Below, piece after piece: positions 48,227 through 57,110 of a DNA stretch of 64,000 nt (positions within the stretch are counted from its first letter, which is position 1; every line of letters begins with the position of its first letter). Below the pieces are notes generated by a model. It did not search any database. It saw nothing but the letters and a program-made list of their open reading frames with translations, and was not told the DNA's origin. The translations under genes and the position numbers were made by a program. The stretch lies in the NCBI GenBank assembly GCA_035415725.1, contig DAOOGN010000003.1, positions 7,776-71,775 of the forward strand, written 5' to 3'. Origin of the DNA: Anaerolineae bacterium. GTDB taxonomy: Bacteria; Chloroflexota; Anaerolineae; B4-G1; SLSP01.

Positions 48227-49126
48227 ATGGTCACTGTTATTGAAGCGGCTCGTCCGCTGGTGGAAATGCAGCCGCAACACGATTTTTTCATCGGTATTGA
48301 TTCGGACGGTTGCGCGTTCGACACCATGGAGATCAAACACAAGGAATGTTTCACGCCCAATATCATCAAACATTGGGATTTACAGGGCGTCTCCAAATAC
48401 GCTCGGGAAGCTGCCGAGTTCGTCAACCTTTATTCGATCTGGCGCGGCGTGAATCGCTGGCCGGCCTTAATCAAAGTCTTCGATTTATTGCGCGTGCGCC
48501 CCGAAGTGCTCAAACGTCACGTAGCAATTCCTGAAGCTCCTTACGTGCGTGCTTTTATGAACGACAAGACCTTCCCGCAAAGCAACGACGGTTTGAAGGC
48601 CTACAAGACACGCTATCCCGACCCGGAACTCGACAAGGCGCTGGCGTGGAGTCTGGCCGTGAATGCGGCCGTCGCCGACATGGTTCACGGCATCCCCCCG
48701 TTCCCCTTAGTGCGCGAGAGCCTGCAATGCCTGTTCGACAAGGCGGATATGCTGGTCGTCTCCCAAACCCCCACCGAGGCGCTGTGCCGCGAATGGGCCG
48801 AGCACAACATCGACCGGTACGTCCGGGCTATCGCCGGGCAGGAGATGGGCACCAAGAGCCAGCACCTGGGCTTTGCTGCCGGCGGCAAGTATGCGTCCAA
48901 CCACATTCTGATGATCGGCGACGCTCTAGGCGATCTCCAGGCTGCCCGTGACAACCACGCGCTCTTCTTCCCCATCAACCCCGGTCACGAGGACGAAAGC
49001 TGGCAACGATTCTATGAAGAAGGCATGCACAAGTTCCTCAACGCAACGTTCACCGGGGATTACGAAGCCGGCCTGATCGCCGAATTCGAGAAGTTTATGC
49101 CTGAAATCCCACCGTGGGAGAAGTAG
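48227..49126 (+). CDS. HAD-superfamily hydrolase (phosphatase-like)
   Basis: Motif I IGIDSDGCAFDT (DxDG), motif IV MIGDALGD. Confidence 0.7.
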   Translation: MVTVIEAARPLVEMQPQHDFFIGIDSDGCAFDTMEIKHKECFTPNIIKHWDLQGVSKYAREAAEFVNLYSIWRGVNRWPALIKVFDLLRVRPEVLKRHVAIPEAPYVRAFMNDKTFPQSNDGLKAYKTRYPDPELDKALAWSLAVNAAVADMVHGIPPFPLVRESLQCLFDKADMLVVSQTPTEALCREWAEHNIDRYVRAIAGQEMGTKSQHLGFAAGGKYASNHILMIGDALGDLQAARDNHALFFPINPGHEDESWQRFYEEGMHKFLNATFTGDYEAGLIAEFEKFMPEIPPWEK

Positions 49127-49180
49127 TATGGCTGGGACCGGGGATCTGGCGATCCCCGTGGAGCATTAGGGGAGGCATCT

Positions 49181-50449
49181 ATGATTGGAAATGGTTTCAC
49201 CGACCGCACCATGACCGAGACGGAAGTCCGCGAGATCGTGGCGCAGGCATTGGCCGCGCACGATATGACCGGCAAGCGCGTGTTGTTCATCACCCCGGAC
49301 TCCACCCGTTCCGGGCCGCTGGACATGATGTTCCGCGTGTTCTACGACGCGCTCGGCGACAAGGTCGCCGCACTGGATTACCTCATCGCGCTCGGCACGC
49401 ACATGGCGATGGATGAAGCGGCCCTGCTCAAGCTCTTCGGCCTCACGGCTACGGAAAAGACGACGAAGTACGCCCAAGTGCGCCTTTTCAATCACGAATG
49501 GGAGAAGCCGGAGACCTTCAAGCAAATCGGCATGATTTCGGCAGATGAGATTGAAGCCATCACGGGCGGCCTGATGCGGATGGACGTGCCTGTCACCATC
49601 AACAAAAAGCTGTGGGAGTACGATCAGGTCATCATCTGCGGACCGACGTTTCCTCACGAGGTCGTGGGCTTCTCCGGCGGCAACAAGTACTTCTTCCCCG
49701 GCGTCGCCGGGCCGGAGGTCATCAACTTCTCGCACTGGCTGGGCGCCGTCATCACCAGTCGAAAGGTCATCGGCACGAAAGTTACGCCAGTGCGCACCGT
49801 CATCGACAAAGCGGCCTCTTTTATTGACGTACCGAAACTTTGCTTTAGCATGGTAGTAAAGGGTCATCACGATCTGGTGGGATTGTACTGTGGCACGCCG
49901 GAAGACGCTTACAGCGCGGCGGCGGATCTGTCGGCGCAACATCACATCCTCTACGTGGAGAAGCCGTTCAGACGTGTGCTGTCGGTGATGCCGGACCTTT
50001 ACGACGACATCTGGACGGCCGCCAAGGGAATGTACAAGCTGGAGCCGGCCATCGTCGACGGCGGCGAGGTCATCATCTACGCGCCGCACATCGACGAAAT
50101 CTCATACACCCACGGCAAAATCCTGGACGAAGTCGGCTATCACTGCCGCGACTACTTCCTCAAGCAGTGGGACAAGTTCAAGGATTATCCGTGGGGCGTG
50201 CTGGCGCACTCCACGCACCTCAAGGGCGCGGGAACGTATGATGCGGAGAAGGGGATTGAGACGCCGCGTATCCAAGTGACGTTGGCGACGGGTGTGCCAC
50301 AAGAACGCTGTGAAAAGGTCAACCTGGGGTATCTTGATCCGGCCAGCATCAATCTGGACGAGTGGAAAGGGCGTGAGGATGAAGGTATCCTGCTTGTACC
50401 CAGAGCGGGGGAGATGCTGTATCGGCTGGCAAGTGAGGTAGTATCATAA
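49181..50449 (+). CDS. LarA-family (lactate-racemase-like, DUF2088) nickel-pincer-cofactor-dependent 2-hydroxyacid racemase/epimerase homolog
   Basis: 422 aa; GFSGGNKYFFPG lysine motif region; RBS GGGGAGG. Confidence 0.7.
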   Translation: MIGNGFTDRTMTETEVREIVAQALAAHDMTGKRVLFITPDSTRSGPLDMMFRVFYDALGDKVAALDYLIALGTHMAMDEAALLKLFGLTATEKTTKYAQVRLFNHEWEKPETFKQIGMISADEIEAITGGLMRMDVPVTINKKLWEYDQVIICGPTFPHEVVGFSGGNKYFFPGVAGPEVINFSHWLGAVITSRKVIGTKVTPVRTVIDKAASFIDVPKLCFSMVVKGHHDLVGLYCGTPEDAYSAAADLSAQHHILYVEKPFRRVLSVMPDLYDDIWTAAKGMYKLEPAIVDGGEVIIYAPHIDEISYTHGKILDEVGYHCRDYFLKQWDKFKDYPWGVLAHSTHLKGAGTYDAEKGIETPRIQVTLATGVPQERCEKVNLGYLDPASINLDEWKGREDEGILLVPRAGEMLYRLASEVVS

Positions 50450-50670
50450 TCGTCGCCTGATTATTGGAGGTCTACAATATGGAAAAGTCGGCGACTTTTC
50501 CTCCTGAAGTGGAACAAGTTTACACGCGGTTGCAAAATCATATTCAGAAGGCCGAATCGCTAGAGGCCGAACACAGAATTCTGCGCAGTAGCGCGTGAGT
50601 CTGTACCTGCTCAGTTCAGTGTGCGGATCCGTCCGCGTATCGTTTAGCTCACATATCACAGGAGAAAATC

Positions 50671-51825
50671 ATGGACAAAGTACGACTTGCCGTTATCGGC
50701 ATTGGGAATATCGGCAATTTACACCTGGGCAACATCGAAAATCAGCCCAAGGTACAACTCACCGCCGTCTGCGATATTGTGCCGGAAAAGGCCGACGCGG
50801 CGGCGGCCAAGTATGGCGTCAAGGCCTACTACGACTCGGACGCGCTGCTGGCCGACAAGGTCTGCGACGCGGTCATCATCGGCACGCCGCACTACTTCCA
50901 CACGACGATTGGCATCACCGCGCTGGATTCAGGACATCACGTCCTCGTCGAAAAGCCTATCTCCGTCCACAAGGCGGACTGCGAGCGGCTGATCGCGGCG
51001 CACGAGCGCAATCCCCAACAGGTCTTCGCCGCGATGTTCAACCAGCGTACCGACCCGTTCTACCAGAAAATCCGGGAGATGGTGCAGTCCGGCGAACTGG
51101 GCAAGCTGGTGCGCGTCAACTGGATTATCACCAACTGGTTCCGCACGCAGTTCTACTATGATTCCGGCGGCTGGCGGGCGACCTGGGGCGGCGAGGGTGG
51201 CGGCGTGCTGCTCAACCAGTGCCCGCACAACCTCGACCTGCTGCAATGGATCACCGGCATGCCGTGCAAGATTCGCGCTTTCTGCGCCATCGGCAAGCGC
51301 CACAAGATCGAGGTGGAGGACGAGGTCACGGCTTTCCTGGAATATCCTGACGGCTGCACCGGCCTCTTCGTCACCTCCACCGGCGAAGCGCCCGGCACGA
51401 ATCGCCTGGAAATCGCGGCAGATAACGGCAAGCTGGTCTACGAGGGCAACCAGATCACGTTCACGCGCAACCTGGTGCCGGCGGAAGAGTTCTTGCGCAC
51501 ATCCCGGGAATCCTTCGCCCACCCACCCTACGAAGTGGAAACCTTCACCTTCGATCATCACGGCGGTCAGCATGCCGCCATTCTGGAGAATTTCGCCGAC
51601 GCCATCCTCACCGGCGCGCCGCTCATCGCTCCTGCCGCAGAAGGCATTCATTCCGTCGAACTGGCTAACAGCATGCTGTTCTCATCGTTCCTCGATCAAA
51701 CAGTAACCCTACCGTTGGACGGCGCGGCCTATGAGGCTAAACTGCAAGAACTGATTGCCACCTCGACTTTCAAGAAAGAAGTGCAAGAAAGCGTGGTGAG
51801 CGATATGGGGAAGTCATTCAATTAG
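50671..51825 (+). CDS. Gfo/Idh/MocA-family NAD(P)-dependent oxidoreductase
   Basis: N-terminal Rossmann fold VRLAVIGIGNIGNLH... EKP catalytic motif VLVEKPISV. Confidence 0.85.
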   Translation: MDKVRLAVIGIGNIGNLHLGNIENQPKVQLTAVCDIVPEKADAAAAKYGVKAYYDSDALLADKVCDAVIIGTPHYFHTTIGITALDSGHHVLVEKPISVHKADCERLIAAHERNPQQVFAAMFNQRTDPFYQKIREMVQSGELGKLVRVNWIITNWFRTQFYYDSGGWRATWGGEGGGVLLNQCPHNLDLLQWITGMPCKIRAFCAIGKRHKIEVEDEVTAFLEYPDGCTGLFVTSTGEAPGTNRLEIAADNGKLVYEGNQITFTRNLVPAEEFLRTSRESFAHPPYEVETFTFDHHGGQHAAILENFADAILTGAPLIAPAAEGIHSVELANSMLFSSFLDQTVTLPLDGAAYEAKLQELIATSTFKKEVQESVVSDMGKSFN

Positions 51826-51934
51826 CGCATCATGAAAATTCTAACTGCGAATCACGCGAATCCGCGCTAATTTTTTCGAGAAAGATTCGCGTAGATGAGC
51901 GAGATTAACGGTTTATTTTTCCAGGAGGTTAAGT

Positions 51935-53389
51935 ATGACAGAAAAATGCGACATCGGCCTCATCGGCCTGGCCGTCATGGGCCAAAACCTGGTGTTGAAT
52001 ATGAGCGATCACGGCTTCAAAGTGGCCGTGTTCAACCGCACCGTGTCCAAAGTGGACGATTTTATCAACGGCAGCGCGGCGGGACGCGAGATTTACGGCG
52101 CGCATTCCATCGACGAGTTGGTGGGAATGCTCCAATCGCCGCGCCGGGTGATGCTGATGGTCAAGGCCGGGCAGGCCGTGGACGATTTCATCGAACAGCT
52201 CATCCCGCATCTGGCGCCGGGCGACATCATCATCGACGGTGGCAACTCCAACTACAACGACACGATGCGCCGCACGGCCTACGTCGAATCGAAGGGACTG
52301 CTCTACATCGGCACAGGCGTCTCCGGCGGCGAAGAGGGCGCGCGTCACGGCCCCTCAATCATGCCGGGTGGATCGCCGGCAGCGTGGCCGCATGTCAAGC
52401 CGATCTTCCAGGCCATCGCGGCCAAAGTGGAAGACGGATCGCCCTGCTGTGACTGGGTTGGCGAGAATGGCGCGGGTCACTACGTCAAGATGACGCACAA
52501 TGGCATCGAATACGGCGACATGCAGCTCATCTGCGAAGCCTATCAGTTGCTAAAAGAAGGCCTGGGGATGAGCAACGAAGAGATGCACCAGGTCTTCGCC
52601 GAATGGAACAAAGGCAAGCTGAACTCATACCTGATCGAGATCACCCGTGACATCCTGGCTTTCAAGGACGAAAACGGTGCCTACGTCGTGGACACAATCC
52701 TCGACACTGCCGGCCAGAAGGGCACCGGCAAGTGGACCGGCATCTCTGCGCTGGATATGGGCACGCCGCTGACTTTGATTGTCGAAGCAGTATTCGCCCG
52801 CTGCCTTTCCGCGCTGCTTGACGAGCGCAAAGTGGCTTCGGCGGTGCTTTCCGGTCCGCCGGCGCGTTTCGACGGTGACAAGGCGGCCTTCATCCGGGAT
52901 TTGCACGACGCGCTGTACGCCTCGAAGATGATGTCCTACACGCAGGGCTACATGCTGTTGCGGGCGGCGGCGCAGGAATACGGCTGGAATCTCAACTACG
53001 GCGGCATTGCGCTGATGTGGCGCGGCGGCTGCATCATCCGCTCTGTCTTCCTGGGCAAGATCAAGGAAGCCTTCGACAAGAACCCTAACCTGACCAACCT
53101 GCTGCTCGATGACTACTTCAAGGCTGAGGTCGAAGGAGCACAAGCCGCATGGCGGCGCGTCATCGCCACAGCGGTGGAACTGGGCATCCCCGTCCCGGCC
53201 ATGTCGAGCGCCTTGGCCTTCTTCGACGGCTACCGCCGGGCGCGCCTGCCGCAGAACCTGCTCCAGGCGCAGCGCGACTACTTCGGTGCGCACACCTACG
53301 AGCGGGTGGATCGTCCGCGCGGCGAATTCTTCCACACCGACTGGATCGGATCGGGCGCAGCGGCCATATCGTCAACGTATACGGCGTAA
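51935..53389 (+). CDS. gnd: 6-phosphogluconate dehydrogenase, decarboxylating
   Basis: 484 aa; IGLIGLAVMGQNLVLN NADP-binding motif and the whole-length 6PGDH signature. Confidence 0.95.
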   Translation: MTEKCDIGLIGLAVMGQNLVLNMSDHGFKVAVFNRTVSKVDDFINGSAAGREIYGAHSIDELVGMLQSPRRVMLMVKAGQAVDDFIEQLIPHLAPGDIIIDGGNSNYNDTMRRTAYVESKGLLYIGTGVSGGEEGARHGPSIMPGGSPAAWPHVKPIFQAIAAKVEDGSPCCDWVGENGAGHYVKMTHNGIEYGDMQLICEAYQLLKEGLGMSNEEMHQVFAEWNKGKLNSYLIEITRDILAFKDENGAYVVDTILDTAGQKGTGKWTGISALDMGTPLTLIVEAVFARCLSALLDERKVASAVLSGPPARFDGDKAAFIRDLHDALYASKMMSYTQGYMLLRAAAQEYGWNLNYGGIALMWRGGCIIRSVFLGKIKEAFDKNPNLTNLLLDDYFKAEVEGAQAAWRRVIATAVELGIPVPAMSSALAFFDGYRRARLPQNLLQAQRDYFGAHTYERVDRPRGEFFHTDWIGSGAAAISSTYTA

Positions 53390-53439
53390 GTAAAGGGGCG
53401 ACGCACTGCATTTCTCTTCCCTCTCCAGACGATACGGTA

Positions 53440-56016
53440 TTATTCCCCACCCCCCACCGGCTCCAACGCGATCAAATCCTCGAAGTCCTGCGGGTGGAGG
53501 CTCTCGAACTCTTGCTGATGCACGATCTTGAAATCCCATGCTGTTCCGGTAAGTAAAGTGGCGTTTTCGCACCACAGACGGGCAGCGCGGTTTTTGTGGG
53601 CCACGTCTACATCTACGCGGCCTTTGGTTTCGATGAGATGATGGACGCCGTCATCGGTGACGGCGACGAAGTCCGGTTCGTAGTAGCGCAGGTTGGCCGC
53701 CGTGTCGGTGTAGGGGATGGTGAAGCCGAAGTTCGCCGGGAGTTTGGCAAAGCGTGCCACGTCGGGCGCTTTTTCCAGGAACAGGGCGAAGGTCTTCTCG
53801 AATTCGTTATCGGCGGCGACGAGGTTGAAGACGGTTTTGGCAGCCTGGGCGGTGGGGCGCGACCAGGGGAAGCCCGGCGTGGTGGAGAGGGCGCGCCCGG
53901 CGTCGGTGAGGAAGGGCGTCTGTTCTTCGAGGATGGCCTCGCGCAGGGCCGCCAGGAACGCTTTGACGGTGACGTGCTGCGCGACCGGGTGGGCGATGGC
54001 TTTGACCATGGCCGGATCGTCCAGGTCTACCGGCGCGCCGAAGGCATACGTCTCCAGGAATTCACGCACTTTGGGGGCAAGGGCGGCGAATTGCGCGGGC
54101 AGTTTGAGGTCGCCGGCGATGCGCTTGGCGTAGTAGGAGATGACTTCCTGGGCTGTTTGCACTTCAGGGATGGTATACTCGCGTTCGATCATCTTTTCCA
54201 ATGTGATGATGTCGTAGCCTTCGTAGGTGAAGGCTTGGGCGTCGGTGTCGCCTTGCTTCTTGGGCAGCCGGGGCGTCTTGAACGTGGAAACGTCCAGGGC
54301 TGCGATTTCCTCACTGAGCGTGCTTTTGCGCGCCAGGTGCGGGCTGAGGAAGGGCAAAGCGATGTCATAGGCGGCTTTCTGCGGGTCGGGCCAGATGGTT
54401 TCAATGACGACGTGATCTTTGTCCAGGTCGAAGGTCTCAAAGGCCATGTCTTCGTCGCGCTCCAACTGTTCGACGAATTCGATGAACGCCTGGTTGCCGA
54501 TCACGTCCACGGTCTCGCGGAACAGCGGGTTGCCGGGGACGTTGCCCCGGAACATCAGCCGCAAGCCGCGCCCCACGGTCTGCTCCGGCAGGATGTTGGC
54601 TTTGGCGCTGTAGGGCCGCAGGCCCACGATGACGGTGACGCTCTGCACGTCCCACCCTTCGCGCAGCATCAGGACGCTGACGATGGCGTTGATGGGACTC
54701 TTGGCCGTGTCAATGTCCTGCGCCGCTTGCCGGGCAGCCGCTTCGTCTTTGATCGCAATGTCGCCACTGCGGTTAGTATGGATGACGAGCAGCTTATCAC
54801 CCGCGAACTCGTCGGGATACTTGGTGCGCAAATAATCCGCCACATCATCGGCTTCGGCGGTGCTATTCAACATGATGAACAAGACCGGTTTGCGGTCAAG
54901 CTTTGCCAGTTGATCGCGGTACTCGCGCCAGCGCTCCACACCGGCAGTGAGATAGGCTCGGTAGCGCACACTGGCGATGTCCGAGGGCGTCTCGCGGATG
55001 CGTTTGGTGACACCTTTGAAAGGCCGCTTGACGATATTGTCAAGAATCGCCTGTTTGAGCGGATAATCAAAGACTGTCCAGGTGAACAGCGAGCCTTTGC
55101 TGTAACGCGGCGTGGCGGACATATCCAATTGCATGTTGACCGTCCCCGCTACGTGCAACCGCCGGATGGTCTTGCTCCACTCGTTTTCTTCGTCGTGGGT
55201 GTGGTGGGCCTCGTCGTTGACGACGAAGACGGAGCCGCCCCGCGCCAGGATGCGCGGCATAAAGTCTTCGATGGCCTGCGGTTGCGCGGGCGGTTTGGGG
55301 CCGAGCATCTGCGTCATAATCTCCGGTTCGTCATCGGCGGACGTGTCGGGGCGCTCGTACAACTGCTGGATGTTGGTGAGGTATAGCGCGCCTTCGGAAC
55401 TGGCGCGTTCGGCGTCCCCGCGCATGTAACATTCCATATCCCAATAGAGGCTGAGTTCCGGGGGGATGACGGGATCGACGCGGAAGATGCGCCCGCCCGC
55501 GAAGTCGGTCTTGAGGCGCTCGAAGACGATGACGTTGGGGGCGATCAGCAGGCTGGTCCGGGCATAGTCGGCGTCATTCTCCACCACAGCGTTGAAGTAT
55601 TGCCAGGCCACGGCCAGCGCCGCCACTTTGGTCTTGCCACTGCCGGTCGCCATTTTGAGGCAGTAGCGGGCGTAGTCGTCGTGTTGGAGGAGGCGCAGTT
55701 GTCCGCCCACGGCCTGGGCGTAGGTTTCGATGAGGGTTTTGTAGCGGCGCGTCCGGGCCACTTCGTAGAGGAAGATGAGCGTTTCCACGGCCTCGCGCTG
55801 GAAGGGGTAGTAGCTGAACTTGAGGCCGTTGGGCAGGCGGTGGTCGGTGCGGAACCAGTAGTCGAGCAGGGTCTTGGTGGTGGGCGTCACGCCCTTGTAG
55901 TTGCTGGCGCGCCAATCTTGCACGGCCTGCCGGATCGCCGGGACGCACGGCGCGGTTTTGAGGGCGACTTGCAGTAAGGCCAATTGTTGCGAATCGGGCT
56001 TTTTTGTACGCGGCAT
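53440..56016 (-). CDS. res: Type III restriction enzyme Res subunit (SF2 helicase-nuclease)
   Basis: Walker A MATGSGKT, DEAH box VVNDEAHH, motif VI LREGWDV, and a C-terminal PD-(D/E)xK-like endonuclease region. Confidence 0.9.
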   Translation of the reverse strand: MPRTKKPDSQQLALLQVALKTAPCVPAIRQAVQDWRASNYKGVTPTTKTLLDYWFRTDHRLPNGLKFSYYPFQREAVETLIFLYEVARTRRYKTLIETYAQAVGGQLRLLQHDDYARYCLKMATGSGKTKVAALAVAWQYFNAVVENDADYARTSLLIAPNVIVFERLKTDFAGGRIFRVDPVIPPELSLYWDMECYMRGDAERASSEGALYLTNIQQLYERPDTSADDEPEIMTQMLGPKPPAQPQAIEDFMPRILARGGSVFVVNDEAHHTHDEENEWSKTIRRLHVAGTVNMQLDMSATPRYSKGSLFTWTVFDYPLKQAILDNIVKRPFKGVTKRIRETPSDIASVRYRAYLTAGVERWREYRDQLAKLDRKPVLFIMLNSTAEADDVADYLRTKYPDEFAGDKLLVIHTNRSGDIAIKDEAAARQAAQDIDTAKSPINAIVSVLMLREGWDVQSVTVIVGLRPYSAKANILPEQTVGRGLRLMFRGNVPGNPLFRETVDVIGNQAFIEFVEQLERDEDMAFETFDLDKDHVVIETIWPDPQKAAYDIALPFLSPHLARKSTLSEEIAALDVSTFKTPRLPKKQGDTDAQAFTYEGYDIITLEKMIEREYTIPEVQTAQEVISYYAKRIAGDLKLPAQFAALAPKVREFLETYAFGAPVDLDDPAMVKAIAHPVAQHVTVKAFLAALREAILEEQTPFLTDAGRALSTTPGFPWSRPTAQAAKTVFNLVAADNEFEKTFALFLEKAPDVARFAKLPANFGFTIPYTDTAANLRYYEPDFVAVTDDGVHHLIETKGRVDVDVAHKNRAARLWCENATLLTGTAWDFKIVHQQEFESLHPQDFEDLIALEPVGGGE

Positions 56017-56027
56017 ATTGTCCCTCT

Positions 56028-56813
56028 CTATGCTTTCACCAAGACCGGTTTCAAACTCGTGTCATCGAAATTTGCCAGGATGCCCAGTTGAATCTGACGT
56101 TGACGCATCCATACTCGCAGATTCTCCAGGCGAATATCCGCCACATCGCGGATCGCCGTCGGGAACACCATGATTTTTCCCTCAACGATCAAATGCCCAA
56201 AGGCTATATCGCCGATGGGAATCCCCCTGTAAAGGACATCTATCCGTTTACGTGGCTCCAGGCCCATACCGCGCAGCTTCAACTCGTGATGGCAGGCATT
56301 CGCGTAAATCCAATGCACAAAACCCGCGCCCAACGTCCGATGCACTTCATACAATCCACCGATGATGTCGTAGGATAGCTCCGGGTATAACCACTCTGCG
56401 TCAGGCGTAACTTTTTCCTGCGTCACAAACTCCGGCTTTTTCTGCGGGTCGAAGTAGAGCCGATGAAAGTTTGGCGTCTCGCTGCCAAAGTTCAGGAGCA
56501 CCCCCACCGGCTTATCCACCGTCTTGAGGTAAGAGATACATTGCGCTTTGTTCAAACGGGTGAGCCGGTCGGTGACTTTGTTCTCCACCACCACCTGCTG
56601 CACCACGAATAAATCCAGGCGTTGTTCGCCGACCTTACGTTCCTTATAGAAGATTTCGTAGGCGTCTTGCTGCGTGCTACTGAGACCGCGCAAGCGCAGT
56701 TCCTCTATCATCGCCCGTTCGTAGATGAACTCCGGGTACGTGCGTGAGGTGCGGTTGTAGACCTCGTAGTAGGCGCCAATGATGGCGCCGGTTAAATCCT
56801 CGTATATCATCAC
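56028..56813 (-). CDS. tandem-duplicated GxxExxY-family protein (two PD-(D/E)xK-like units) inserted between mod and res
   Basis: Each half (approx. aa 1-125 and 135-261) has the family pattern (IIGAYYEVYN ... RLDLFVVQQVVVENK; IIGGLYEVHRTLG ... IVEGKIMVF). Confidence 0.7.
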   Translation of the reverse strand: MMIYEDLTGAIIGAYYEVYNRTSRTYPEFIYERAMIEELRLRGLSSTQQDAYEIFYKERKVGEQRLDLFVVQQVVVENKVTDRLTRLNKAQCISYLKTVDKPVGVLLNFGSETPNFHRLYFDPQKKPEFVTQEKVTPDAEWLYPELSYDIIGGLYEVHRTLGAGFVHWIYANACHHELKLRGMGLEPRKRIDVLYRGIPIGDIAFGHLIVEGKIMVFPTAIRDVADIRLENLRVWMRQRQIQLGILANFDDTSLKPVLVKA

Positions 56814-56860
56814 AGGACCCCTATAGCAGGATTAGGAGGATAGGAGGATTGTCATTTTCT

Positions 56861-57100
56861 CGCCAATCCGCTCACTCTCCCACCAATCCGCTCATTCTCC
56901 CACCCATCCGCTCACTCTCCCGCCAATCCGCTCATTCTCCCGCCAATCCGCTCACTCTCCCGCCAATCCGCTCATTCTCCCGCCAATCCGCTCATTCTCC
57001 CGCCAATCCGCTCACTCTCCCACCAATCCTCCCATTCTCCCGCCAATCCGCTCACTCTCCCGCCAATCCGCTCACTCTCCCACCAATCCTCCCATTCTCC
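56861..57100. repeat. minisatellite: 12 tandem copies of a 20-bp unit CGCCAATCCGCTCAYTCTCC (minus strand GGAGARTGAGCGGATTGGCG), between mod and the GxxExxY gene
   Basis: Read directly. Units alternate CACTCT/CATTCT variants with a few degenerate copies. There are no spacers, so it is not a CRISPR array. Confidence 0.9.
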
Positions 57101-57110
57101 CTATCCTGCT

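Noticed and set aside
56861-57100. Possible CRISPR array
   Set aside because: Units are contiguous with no unique spacers, 20 bp is too short, and there are no cas genes. It is a minisatellite.
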